This document shows positions 1 to 13,023 of a stretch of 64,000 bases of DNA, piece by piece. The notes below the pieces were generated by a model that did not search any database, had not been told where the DNA came from, and saw nothing but the letters and a program-made list of their open reading frames with translations. The stretch lies in contig CM119270.1 in assembly GCA_051294375.1 (NCBI GenBank), positions 1,299,598 to 1,363,597 of the forward strand. The letters are read 5' to 3'. Numbering within the stretch: position 1 is the stretch's first letter; each line of letters opens with the position of its first letter. This DNA is from Paraspadella gotoi. Taxonomy: Eukaryota; Animalia; Chaetognatha. A program made the translations under genes and the position numbers.

Positions 1-265
1 ATTTTTCTGTACAAAGTACGCAACTCCGATTTTCAGCCACCCTTCAACACCCCTCCTTTTTCGATCCACATGTTTGCTTAACTTTTAAGACACAAATTTC
101 TTCTTTATTTTTATTTTTTTATTCTTGTTTGTTTATCTCTTTTTTTTCCTTCTTCTCTCACCATTTTGTTTGTTTGTTTGTTTAGCTAACTCTCGCGTGT
201 GTATTTAAAAAAAGTAATGTCAACATGTACCTTTTTAAATCGGTATATTTCGAATTTACTCCGAG

Positions 266-299
<34 letters not shown>

Positions 300-509
300 N
301 NNNNNNNNNNNNNNNNNNNNNNNNNNNNNNNNNNNNNNNNNNNNNNNNNNNNNNNNNNNNNNNNNNNNNNNNNNNNNNNNNNNNNNNNNNNNNNNNNNNN
401 NNNNNNNNNNNNNNNNNNNNNNNNNNNNNNNNNNNNNNNNNNNNNNNNNNNNNNNNNNNNNNNNNNNNNNNNNNNNNNNNNNNNNNNNNNNNNNNNNNNN
501 NNNNNNNNN

Positions 510-541
<32 letters not shown>

Positions 542-1669
542 CCTGCTCCAAAAGCCAAAAGAATAGAATAATAAGACGAAAAAGAAAGAAAAGAAAGAAA
601 AAAGAAAGAAGGCGATTTCTCAATTTTTCTTTGAGTAAATAAGATTTCGGATTTTCTTGTTAAAGGCAAAAAAAATGTTAATAAAGTCAACAAAAGTTCA
701 GATTTTAGTTTAAAGTTTTTATTCTTAATTTCGACGAAGAAGAAAATGAAAAGAAACGAATTAAAGGCCCCGACCAGTGAAAGAGAGAGAGAGAGAGAGN
801 NNNNNNNNNNNNNNNNNNNNNNNNNNNNNNNNNNNNNNNNNNNNNNNNNNNNNNNNNNNNNNNNNNNNNNNNNNNNNNNNNNNNNNNNNNNNNNNNNNNN
901 NNNNNNNNNNNNNNNNNNNNNNNTGACTCCAATCGACGGGGTGGTCCCAAGAAAGTCAGTTTCATTTAAAAATTGGTTAAACCTCTGTGAAAAATTTAAA
1001 AAAATTATAATTTAGTAATTTTTTTACAAAATTTTGTGAAATTGATCGTAAAGTCGAAGGCGAATCTATTTAAAACGGTATTCATTGAATCCTGGATTGA
1101 TCATTTGTTTTCAACAAGCCTCGTTTTAAACCTCATTTGCATATAGATACTTAAAATCGGAAAATCACAATCATCAATTTTCTTTCAGGATGATGACGTG
1201 ATTGCGTGAGTATGTACTTAGGTAGAGTCAGGGTATCTTGGTACGTCAATTGTTTACCAAGTATGTGCCAAATTCTATAAACAAAAAAAAAGTCATCTCT
1301 GATATCATTATCATCGTTATTATCATCATCATCATCATCGTCGTCCTCTTCGTCGTCGTTGTCGTCTTCGTCGTCGTCGTTATCGTCGTCATCGTCGTCC
1401 TTCCAAACTTTCCAAAGTCTCATCTCCGATTCTTCCTCACGTTTGAATTTCGGATTCGATTTCCTGAATCGCAGTCCAATCAAGATCGTCCAAAAAAGCA
1501 ATACCAATCAGTCCTTAAAGACAAGCAATAGCAATCATAGTCCTTCATAGTCATTTAGTTTATGAAAACTAATTCTGTATCATCATCGTCGTCATCATTA
1601 TCGTCATCATCGTCGTCATCATCATCAGCATCATCATCGATACCAACTAGTGACGACAAAGAAAAGACG

Positions 1670-1903
1670 AGTGAATGAAGGAATGAACAGAATGAATGAA
1701 TGAACAGAATGAATGAATGAACAGAATGACTGAATGAATGAACACATTGAATGAACAGAATGAATGAATAAACAGAATGAATGAATGAACAGAATGAATG
1801 AACAGAATGAATGAATGAACACATTGAATGAACACAATGAATGAACATAATGAATGAATGAACACAATAAATGAACATAATGAATGAATGAATGAACACA
1901 ATG
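1670..1903. repeat. (GAAT)n-based minisatellite with interspersed GAACA
   Basis: Runs of AATGAATGAAC(A) are directly visible and produce the IHSF-repeat pseudo-ORFs. Confidence 0.95.
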
Positions 1904-4900
1904 AAATCGGACAGTAGGTTACTTTGATATATCATCTTATGTTGCCTGTCCGGTGTTCCTTTGAACCTAATGTAAGTTTTATTTGAATATCAGCAAATAT
2001 ATATTTTTAAAAAAAAATATTCGGATCACACTGCAGATTACTTACCAACTTCTTTAAAAAAAAAAAATCATAAAGTGCGACGATCTAGTGATTGGTCGAA
2101 ATTGGTCCACGCGTGGACCATTGAATTTTAAGTTTTGTATTATTTATACTTAATAAAAAGTTCGTTTTTCTTACAGTTTAAACAAATGGAAAATTTTAAT
2201 GTATTTAAAGCATACAGATAAGATTTATTACAATAAGAAAAAGAACAAAACGCGGAGAAAAAGAAATAAATAAAGTCCTGAACCGGGACAATACAGAGCG
2301 ACTTATCGGTCTCTTTCCTCTTAATTTTCTACCTCTTCCTCTCTTTCTCTTTTTCTTTCTTCTCTCCTACTTTCTGAAGAAAATTTCTATCTTCTCGCAC
2401 GCAGAAACTAACGCGTTCAAAGCGTTCTGTCAGAAAGTACTGAAAGGGGTGCAAGTAAATAAAATGTAGTTTTCCGGTATTTCTTTAGCCAAACTGTTAA
2501 AAGTAAAAACAAATAGTAAGAATTGTAAACAATGGTACCGCCCAGGACGCTCTGGCGCGGGCGCTCGGTGATTCACGGTCCGTGGCTCTGTAGAATTTGT
2601 TTGCCCTTTTTCTTGTATTATTTAAATATTCGTTGTTTACACTTGACATAAAACAATAAATAGTTACAAACCCCGCTATTGTTTTACATAGGGCCAAAGA
2701 GAAATTCGTTAAGACAATATCGCGTCAGCCCTAGAAAGTATAGCCGACATGGTGCATTGCTTTGTTCGACTCCTCATGTCTCTTTTTGCGAGCTATTAAC
2801 TAACCAGCCTTAACGTGGGGTGGGGGTGAGATGATATTTGTATAATAATTATGTTTAAGTGATTGAATGAAGTAGGGATTTAAGTGGGTGGGTATAATCA
2901 CGGGTGAGATCCTCACGTACGATCGGAACTGATTGACCAAACCAGACGGCATCTTCTGCCGCAAAGTGTAGACATGTTAATGGTACTTCCATATGCCTTA
3001 ACACGGCGTAATCTTCCGAGCCGAATAGTAAAGCTTTCGGTTCTTGTTTAAGTTGGGGTAAGGAGGAATAATCCTCATTACCCTGCATGACCGACGAGAA
3101 ATGGCAATATAAATTTTCCATCTTTCGCCGCTGAATGTTGGCGATTGTCCGGATGATAGAGACAGGCATACACGAAAAAAATTAACCTTCCCCGTTCTAT
3201 TGCCGACCATTTTGCGGTCATATTAGTGTACGGCTGGCCCCTCATTGTGAAGGTAAGTGCAGGGACGAAGAAGATGGCGCGAATGAATTCTCACTAGCAT
3301 AACGGTTAAGTTGCGTCTTTTATTTTGTTCATCTTATTTCTAAATCTGGACCGTCTCTATTGCTACAAACTTTACTAACGGTGTCGCTCTCCATCATTTC
3401 GAAGAGTCACTTTTCTTTTGTCGGCCTGAAGATTTTGAATTTTCGAGTATTTTTCCTCTTACTTTGCCGGGGCAGAAATAGCAAACTCGTTAGGAGGTGT
3501 GGTTTCGTGGAATTACAGGTTTTGTCTTGATTCAACGTCGAGATTTTGTGGACGGTGAGGTGTATTGTGCGCCGGCGAGGACGGTCTCCTATTTTGTAAC
3601 TCAATGTTGCTGCGCAGTATTTGGCCTTGCCACGTCCCGACGAAAATATGATTTCCCTTATTTTTTTTTAACTCCTCACTTCACGATATGGCGTATCGGA
3701 CCTTCGTTTTCGGAAGAATTTTTGACTGAGCGGCGGAATTTTATCGGCGGGAGGATTGTCTCTTTTGCCGGGGAGCGCGTCTGACATTCAAGAACATTTC
3801 TGTTTTAAGAACGCGAAAACGACCGAAACGAACGGGAGCCGGAATGTCAGGACTAACGCCTTTTTACTACAGGCTTAGTGATTTGTGTCTGGTTGCCGGA
3901 GAGGCGTGGTCGGATATATGCGGGGGCAATTTTCTCGTTAAGACGTGGAGAGAAAATAACCGTTATTTCAAAGTGGAGGAGAAGGAACTACGTTTTTGAA
4001 AGATTTTGAATGCTTTAAATATTTAGACTTTGCGAACGAGGAAAATGACTGGCCGCGTCATACACCATCCAAATAGGAAAAGAATCTTAATTTAAATTTT
4101 GAAAGAGCGCATTTAACAAAAGAGCGCGGTTCGCTCTATAATAGAACGTTCGAACTGTTTTAGAACTACGGTGACTTATTACCTCTAACGGTTGAAAAGA
4201 TAAAAGAAAAAAGTTGGAAATAAAGGAGTATTTCCTCAACACGCCAGTTTTCAAAATCCTGCGACGAGGATTCATCATACGAACAATTTTTTCTCATGTG
4301 CGAGTCACTCGTGAAAATTTGAACTTAATTTTCATACGACGATCAGAAATTTGCGTTGCTCGCGGGCGCGCGTTCTAAACTGGACTGTTTTCTCGCCTGC
4401 GAAAATCTTGCATAACAAATGACTAAAGCAAAAAATCTTTTCCCTAAATACAACAACGCACCCGTTCTGAAACAATTTTCGAACACTTAACGCCGACTAC
4501 TCAAGCGTGATTTCCGATGCACGCGTCGATAGTTCATGGTCTGGTCTACGACGCTCATATACTATGCTTAAGATTCCGATGGCATGCATCGACACTAAAA
4601 AAAATTGAATAAAGATAAACCAACTTCGCGGACAAGATTTAGATTTCACAACGATGGCATTTTCAAAGTTTCAAGCACGGCCTCGTGAAAGTTCAACACT
4701 AGCCTGTTAATCAGTCGCCTAAAATCAATGGGGTCACTGAAAAATGAAAACATATTTTCCAGTTTCTCCTTCAACTATTTCTCTTTATTAAATTGTTCTC
4801 TGAAGGTTTTTAATATTTGGAATCTTCCGGAGCAAAATTGGTGCTAAAGGATTTTAATACCAATAATTTTTTGTTCGAACGCTTGAATGACCGGTGAAGG

Positions 4901-5699
4901 ATAATACTGCAATTAAATCCTTTAATAATTTTCGATACTAATTCACAACAATTAAGGTTATTACTAACTTTAATAGAATAGTTTAGTTTTATGCTTTATA
5001 ATCTTTTCAAAAAAAATAAATAAATTTTAGGGCAGTTACCTAAACTGTATGTACGAAAATAGAATACTTACTATTGGGAGTAACATAAGACAATGCAGAG
5101 TATTAAGTTCTATTTGGAGCACAAATATTTCGAAAAATATATTGGAGTAAAGTCAGTTTGTTACTTTAATCTCATTTTGCAGTTATTATAATGAGGGAGT
5201 TGTTAATAATAGTTGTTAAAAAAAAAATTCGTAAGGACTATGCAATACATTAAGCGCTGTTACCATCCTTAAAAGCAAAAAATCTAAGCACATATGCATA
5301 CATAGACATATCCCATATTAAAGATAGATCGCAATGGACATAAGCCTATACAGCTGCGGAGAAATCTACGAGAACAGGAGGTGCCAAGGCCTAACTTCGG
5401 CGGACGAGAAATCGTCTCGGGCCATAATGGACAATGAATGAAATGAGATGAAAGGGTCATCGATAAGGAAGGAGGAATAAATTGAAAAGAGGAAACTGGG
5501 ACGTGCCGACCTGAAGCCGAATAGAGAGAGAAGAAGAGTAAGAGAGAAGATTGCAGAGAAGAGATGCGAGAAGAAGAGAGGAGAGAGAGAGAGAGAAAGA
5601 GAAGAGAAGTGACGAGATATCTGAAAAAATCAGCAAATAAAGGGCGGAACGAAGAAGAGAGAAACAGGACGGGGTAAGTAAAAAAGGGTGTCAGTATTT

Positions 5700-7785
5700 G
5701 GGAAGAATCGAAAGACCGCACGGATCGCAACAGGATGGATGAACGCGACGACGACGACGATCGGAGCAGTCCGGCAGGATAACGTAACAAGACGAAAGAC
5801 GATGAGCAAGAGAGTGTACTGAGCGCCATTGCACGCTGCGTAAACACACCAGAGAGAAATATGGTTATTATGGGGAGTCTCGGAAAAACGCGTTTTTTAG
5901 TACGAGATTCTGCTTATTGGAAGCAGATTTCGCGGATACTCGTATATTCATTCCAAAGTTCTGTCACCGGTCGCTACGCGTAGCGACCCCCCAGTCCATC
6001 TCTGTCTCGAGAGCGTCGAGCATGCCCATCATTATATCATGTCAGTACAGATCCATATATAAATTAGAAAAAAAATAATTTCGTCTGTCTGTTCGTCTGT
6101 CTGCTTGTCTGTCCGCTCGCCGTCCGTCCATCCCACGCGCCCTTAGCCAAACAAAACTCAAGTTGCGTGCAGGCCGAGTCCACGTGCTCTGCGAGTCATT
6201 GAATGTCGAGAGGAGAATCGGGAGCGACAGGTTTGGAGATTGGCACAGCCAGGAATGAATTCTGTATGTGTGGGAAATGTGTTGTGATGTAATGCGGTGC
6301 AGGAGGTACAGAGAGGAAAAACTGGAAGGGATTATTGGCGATACTGACGAAAAAAGAAGCAGAAGAGACCGAAAGGTGGCTACAGGTTGACACGTATGTG
6401 AAGCCTTTTTGATGAATTTATAGCTATAGTTAACATATTAAAATGATTAATTAAGATTGGAAAGAAAAAAGATTCAAAATTAAAAAAAGATGATAACGCG
6501 AATCCAGCGAATATCAACGGACTTGTTAAGTGATACACCTATGCAGTTCGGTGATGAAGGCACACGTTAGTCAAGGAACAACTAGATCACAACACAGATG
6601 ACCACAGTTCGCCGTCTCACGGGGCGAGCGAAATCTAGCCGTTTATTTGATTGCTTTATTCTACCGGGCGTGGCTATCATTCTGGAAAAACCGGATAGTA
6701 GAGGAAAAAGCTTAGGGAGTGAAGTATACATAAAAAAGCAGAAGACAAAAAGCGAATATCTATACAGGATTAGAACGGCGTTACCAACTCTCCTACGTGG
6801 TTCTCCGGGTCAGCTTCACTCTCTCACCTCCGTCCATGCCTCTCTAGACCATCCTCCTCTCATGAGCAGTCATGGAGTCCGTGCCTCCTCTCGTCTCTCC
6901 TCACGTCGTTCTCTCTTCTCGTGCCGTCTAGCTCGGTCCTCACTCCTCACCGTCTACTGCTCATTCCCTTCCGAGCTCCCCACTCATCGCATCCGCCAAC
7001 GCACAGGTTCTCAATCAAGCGAGCGACAAAACGGACGAGCGACACGTCTATCGGAAGCAGGTGGGAGAGGTCGGGGAAGAGCGAGGAAGGGGTAGAGAAA
7101 GGGGCGAAGGGGTAGGCGCACACACGGGGGAGATGGCAAGGGTAAGTGAAAGCGGTCTGGGATGCGGGTCAAAAAGAAAAAGAGGTAATGATATAGATTA
7201 TTGACCAGAGAATACAGTTGGCGTGCGAGAGTTATGGGAGCTCAGAGAATCCGAATAGAGGTAAGTGGAAAAAGATAACTTACCCACAATTCCAATCGTG
7301 ATAAAGGCGATGAAGAACCGTACGAAGCAGCGAAGGTAGTTTAGAAATAGGATGACGAGCGGGGACTTGTTAGCGTCGAGAGGGTCATAGACTTTGCACT
7401 CTCCGCCAGTCACCCACAAGGTAAGGGTTTACGGAATGGAAAAGGTAAGCTCACCCAGTCCCTCATTACTGCTCTTCCACTCCTCTACCGCTCCTCTAAT
7501 CGTTAATCCTCGTTCCACTCCGTTTTAAATTCGTACGCGAGGGGGGGATCGTCAATACCGCCCGAGCAAATACACAGAAGAAAAAGAAAAAAAAAAATGT
7601 TCAAAATACACGTCTGATTTTATTATGGGCACGGAAAAGCAACACGCGTCAGTTCACATTTTTGTCTTTTGGGAAAGACTCAAAAATGTCAGTGTTGTCA
7701 GTCCGTTGTCCATCCGTGTTGTCTTTGTTATACGTCGTCAGTCGGGGTCAAAGAAATGTGCGTACGTCCACATCTATCATTTGTC
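5700..7785 (+). other. Insertion-rich noisy copy of ~7900-9140 (probable raw long-read gap fill)
   Basis: Collinear but expanded motifs, e.g. 7141 GGTAAGTGAAAGCGGTCTGGGATG vs 8706 GGTAAGTGAAAGGGTCTGGATG. It ends at a 25-N gap (7786-7810). Confidence 0.85.
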
Positions 7786-7994
7786 NNNNNNNNNNNNNNN
7801 NNNNNNNNNNAGAGAGAGAGAGAGAGAATTGAAAAAATCCAATAAAGGCGAGAGAGAAAAGCGGTAGAAAAGGTGTCAGGAAGAACGAAGCCCAAGATGA
7901 TGACGACGACGACGACGACGGCGACGACAACGAAGACTATGAGAAGATGAGTTCATCCCACGTAACACAGAGCAAGTTTTTGTCTCGGAAAAAG

Positions 7995-8420
7995 TTTTTA
8001 GTCGGATCTGCTTATTAGCAGATTCCAACTCTATAATTCACTCTGTCGGTCCGTCGGTCAGCCCCCTTAATCTTGTCCGGCATTCACTTATATCATGTCA
8101 GAACATCAAAATATGATAAATTATGCAAAAAAAATAATGTCCGTCTGTCTGTCCGTCTGTCTGTCCGTCCGTTCGTCCATCCGCCCTTAGCAAAAAAACT
8201 CCAATTGCTCGTGATTGGATGGTTGGATTGGCATGAAATTTTGTGTGTGGGAAAGTGTGTGATGTAATCGTGAGTGGAAATGAGTTTGCATGAAAAAAAC
8301 CAAAGTCAAGTTGACTTGAACTTTTATAATTTATGCTTATTAATATTAAATGATTAATTAAATTGAAAAAAAGATTCAAATTAAAAAAATGATTCCAGAA
8401 TATCACGGACATTGTTAATC
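7995..8420 (+). mobile_element. Non-autonomous Helentron/HINE (DINE-1-like) element
   Basis: Starts in a T run (TTTTTAGTC) and has a 5' hairpin ATCTGCT-TATT-AGCAGAT (8006-8023), an internal (GTCY)n tract at ~8139-8180 and TGAAATTTTG at ~8234. A diverged relative with different flanks lies at ~30200. The 3' end is uncertain. Confidence 0.6.
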
Positions 8421-8547
8421 TGTGACATTATCACAACTGTCACAACAGTCACTCCGTCACACGTTTTTCCGGTTGAAAACCGAATAGAGAAAGAGAGTTA
8501 CAAAAACAGAAACAAACGAATCATACAGTTGACTCCATCTCGCTCTT

Positions 8548-8581
<34 letters not shown>

Positions 8582-10744
8582 CCTCGCATCCGCCAACCGA
8601 CAGGTGCTTCAGCGACGACAAACGACGAGCGACGTCTATCGGAAGCAGGTGGGGTCGGGAAGAGCGAAGGGGTATGGAAGGGCGAAGGGGTAGGGAAGGG
8701 GGCAGGGTAAGTGAAAGGGTCTGGATGGGAAAAAGAAAGAAGGTAATGATATAGATTATTCAGGAATAAGTTAGGGTCCGAGAGTATGAGCGCAGAGAAC
8801 CAATAGAGGTAAGGAAAAGATAACTTACCAACAATTCATCGTGATAAAGCGAACGTCGAAGGGTAAGTTCCACTCTGGATGTGAGATAGAGTAACTCAAG
8901 GACGAAGCAGCGAAGGTAAGTTAGAAGATGACGACGACTTCGTTAGCGTCGAAGGTCATCACTTCCGCCACAAGGTAAGGGTTAGGATGGAAAGGTAAGC
9001 TCACCTCATCATGTCTTCTCCTCTTCCTCCTCTTCCTCGTCACCCGTTTTACGTCGTCACCGCAAATAAAGAAAAATTTCAAAATCTCTGATTTTGCAAA
9101 AACGTCACATCTTTGTCTTTGACGTCAGTGTTGTCGTCGTTGTCATTTGTTGTCTTTGTTATCGTCGTCGTCATCGTCGTCGTCATCGTCATTTGTCGTC
9201 GTCGTTATCGTCGTCATCGTCATCGTCGTCGTCAACGTCATTTGTCGTCGTCGTTATGGTCGTTGCCTTCATCATAATTTACGTCTTCTTTATCATCTTC
9301 GTCTTCATCATTGTCATCTCTTTCAACATTTTTCTCGTCGTCGTTGTCGTTGTCATCATCTTTATCATCCTCGTCGTCGTCGTCTTCGTCATCGTCGTCG
9401 TCGTCGTCGTCGTCCTTGTTCACATCTCGTCCGAAACAAAATCGAGTTGTCAACTTGTTAATGCAAACATTAATGCAAACAGTTACAAGAAAAAGACAAA
9501 CAGATTAAAAATTAGGAGGCGACATTTGAAAAATTTTTTTGTGGTTGGAAAAATAAATTTAAAAAAATGAATGTTTTTTGTCTTATAAGTTTTTTAAAAG
9601 TAAATTTATTGGGAAAGAAAGGGAGGGGAGAAAGGAGAGAGAGGAGAAAAGAAAAGAAAAGAAAAGAAGATAGGAAAGAAAAGGAGAGATAAAAAATTTG
9701 ATAAGAATTTGTTAGTGATACACAAAAATAATAAAAAAAACTTGATATTATGTTTATGTCTAAAGAGACGAATTAGAGCCTAAAAGCGAAAGAAAACCGA
9801 TAAAGCAATGAGTAAATAAATAAATCTAAGAATAAACCAATTGATAAATCTAAATAAATCTATGAATTAATCAATTAAGTTAAAAATGAAAGTTTAAAGA
9901 CGAAATTTTTTTCTTGTCTCAACTTTTTTTCTTTTCGCTTTGGCATCGACACCAACGGATATTCTCTCNNNNNNNNNNAAAACGACGCCGTCGTCTCTGT
10001 CTCTCGCTTTCGATGTCTCGCTCTCGCTATCGCTCTCGCTTTCTTCTCCAGCTCGATGTCTCTCTCTCGCTCTCGTTCTTTCTCCGTCTATAGAGGAAAT
10101 AAAATAACTATAAAGAGAAGAGAGAGGAGATGGCAGCGTGAGATGGAGAGGAAAATGGAGAGAGAGAGAGAGAGAGAGAGANNNNNNNNNNNNNNNNNNN
10201 NNNNNNNNNNNNNNNNNNNNNNNNNNNNNNNNNNNNNNNNNNNNNNNNNNNNNNNNNNNNNNNNNNNNNNNNNNNNNNNNNNNNNNNNNNNNNNNNNNNN
10301 NNNNNNNNNNNNNNNNNNNNNNNNNNNNNNNNNNNNNNNNNNNNNNNNGAGAGAGAGAGAGGCGGAGGGAGGGGGAAAACAAGATGATTCCTGGGGAGAA
10401 GAGATAGAAAGAGAGATAGAAAGAAAGATAGAAAGATTATTGAAGAAATAAATATATATATATCAGGAGGGAAAGAGTAGGAAAGAAAGAAAGACAGACA
10501 GACAGACAGACGAAAAGAAATAAAACATAACCAGAAACGAAGAGGATAAGAACAAAACAAGAAGAAAAACAAAGAAAAAAACTAATATCAGTAAGTAAAG
10601 AAAATAGAGAAGAAACCACGAAGAGAAGTAAAAAGAAGAGAAGTAAAAAGAAGAGAAAGGAAGTAAAAAGGTGATGATGAGAAAAGATAAACAAACATTG
10701 GGAAAAAAATATCGCGGAAACCAATCGAGAAAAAGAAAAGAAAA

Positions 10745-10818
10745 GAAGAGAGGAGAAGAGAAGAGAAGAGAAGAGAAGAGAAGAGAAGAGAAGAGAAGAG
10801 AAGAGAAGAGAAGAGAAG
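10745..10818. repeat. (AAGAG)n microsatellite
   Basis: Directly visible pentamer run. Confidence 0.95.
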
Positions 10819-11284
10819 ATGTAAGAGGAAGACACGTAATTTACATGAAAGTAAAGAAACCTCAGGGGCTCATGCATCTTTGGCCCGCGGGAGGGAACCA
10901 AGGGNNNNNNNNNNNNNNNNNNNNNNNNNNNNNNNNNNNNNNNNNNNNNNNNNNNNNNNNNNNNNNNNNNNNNNNNNNNNNNNNNNNNNNNNNNNNNNNN
11001 NNNNNNNNNNNNNNNNNNNNNNNNNNNNNNNNNNNNNNNNNNNNNNNNNNNNNNNNNNNNNNNNNNNNNNNNNNNNNNNNNNNNNNNNNNNNNNNNNNNN
11101 NNNNNNNNNNNNNNNNNNNNNNNNNNNNNNNNNNNNNNNNNNNNNNNNNNNNNNNNNNNNNNNNNNNNNNNNNNNNNNNNNNNNNNNNNNNAACTGGAAC
11201 GAAGTGAATGGGCGACAATTTTACGCTACTCTTCCACACAAAAAGAGAAGCAAACATTAAATATCCCGGCAAGTGTTAAATTGC

Positions 11285-11316
<32 letters not shown>

Positions 11317-11960
11317 CGACCCGACGACTTATCTCCGCCGATGTCTCCCTCTCAAAAATAATGATAAAACCGCCATTTGAGAATGTATTTTGAAATAATT
11401 GAAAAAGAGAAATATAATTAATTATGTACAAAATGGCTTCGATGATGACTTANNNNNNNNNNNNNNNNNNNNNNNNNNNNNNNNNNNNNNNNNNNNNNNN
11501 NNNNNNNNNNNNNNNNNNNNNNNNNNNNNNNNNNNNNNNNNNNNNNNNNNNNNNNNNNNNNNNNNNNNNNNNNNNNNNNNNNNNNNNNNNNNNNNNNNNN
11601 NNNNNNNNNNNNNNNNNNNNNNNNNNNNNNNNNNNNNNNNNNNNNNNNNNNNNNNNNNNNNNNNNATATTGTTTGTTTATACGCGATTTATTTTCCGCTC
11701 TGTAACAATATTTATTGTCAATGTGTTAACTGTCTGTTTTGAGCGTTATAAATAAAATTAAATCTTTTACTCTCTTTGGCGTCATTCGCTGTCCCGAGTC
11801 TAGCTTTCTGTTTTTTTCTTACGTTTCTTTCTATCTGCTCTTTCTGTCTTTCTCTCTCAAACTGCGGTTATTCTTTATTTTCTTTGATGTTGTTGATGTT
11901 GTTGATGATGATGATGTTCAGGTTGTCGTTGTTGTTGTCGTCGTCGTCGTCTCAATTAAA

Positions 11961-11994
<34 letters not shown>

Positions 11995-12986
11995 NNNNNN
12001 NNNNNNNNNNNNNNNNNNNNNNNNNNNNNNNNNNNNNNNNNNNNNNNNNNNNNNNNNNNNNNNNNNNNNNNNNNNNNNNNNNNNNNNNNNNNNNNNNNNN
12101 NNNNNNNNNNNNNNNNNNNNNNNNNNNNNNNNNNNNNNNNNNNNNNNNNNNNNNNNNNNNGACGTGGAATTCTCTACGATTACGAACTCCATTCAACAAT
12201 TGGCAAGGCAAACATGGAGAAAAACGGATTGAGACAGAGAGAGAGAGAGAGCGAGACAGAGTGTATGCGAGAGAAAGAGAGAGACAGAGAGAGAGAGAGA
12301 GAGAGTGAAAGCGAGTTTTCATACAACAAAAGTTGCGTAAACAAACTTCAAGAGAGAAAAGAAAAGAAAAGGANNNNNNNNNNNNNNNNNNNNNNNNNNN
12401 NNNNNNNNNNNNNNNNNNNNNNNNNNNNNNNNNNNNNNNNNNNNNNNNNNNNNNNNNNNNNNNNNNNNNNNNNNNNNNNNNNNNNNNNNNNNNNNNNNNN
12501 NNNNNNNNNNNNNNNNNNNNNNNNNNNNNNNNNNNNNNNNNNNNNNNNNNNNNNNNNNNNNNNNNNNNNNNNNNNNNNNNNNNNNNNNNNNNNNNNNNNN
12601 NNNNNNNNNNNNNNNNNNNNNNNNNNNNNNNNNNNNNNNNNNNNAACCAAATCTTTTCCGGGATTGTTAAGCTTATAACAAAAAGAACCATTATTTTTAG
12701 TTTTAAGTTTCCATGGTATAATCCTTTCTTTCGTTGTTTAAAGAGATTTACAAAGAATTTAATAGGTTTGTTAACAACGATNNNNNNNNNNNNNNNNNNN
12801 NNNNNNNNNNNNNNNNNNNNNNNNNNNNNNNNNNNNNNNNNNNNNNNNNNNNNNNNNNNNNNNNNNNNNNNNNNNNNNNNNNNNNNNNNNNNNNNNNNNN
12901 NNNNNNNNNNNNNNNNNNNNNNNNNNNNNNNNNNNNNNNNNNNNNNNNNNNNNNNNNNNNNNNNNNNNNNNNNNNNNNNNNNNNNN

Positions 12987-13023
<37 letters not shown>

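Noticed and set aside
2370-2423. CTGAAGA...GAAAC...TC flanked by CTTT/AAAG (hammerhead-like)
   Set aside because: The segment between the core boxes cannot form helix II.
2855-3784. ORFs 2855-3169, 2998-3210 and 3497-3784, and a GTAAGT donor at ~3253
   Set aside because: Complex sequence that may be exonic, but no recognisable domain or consistent frame.
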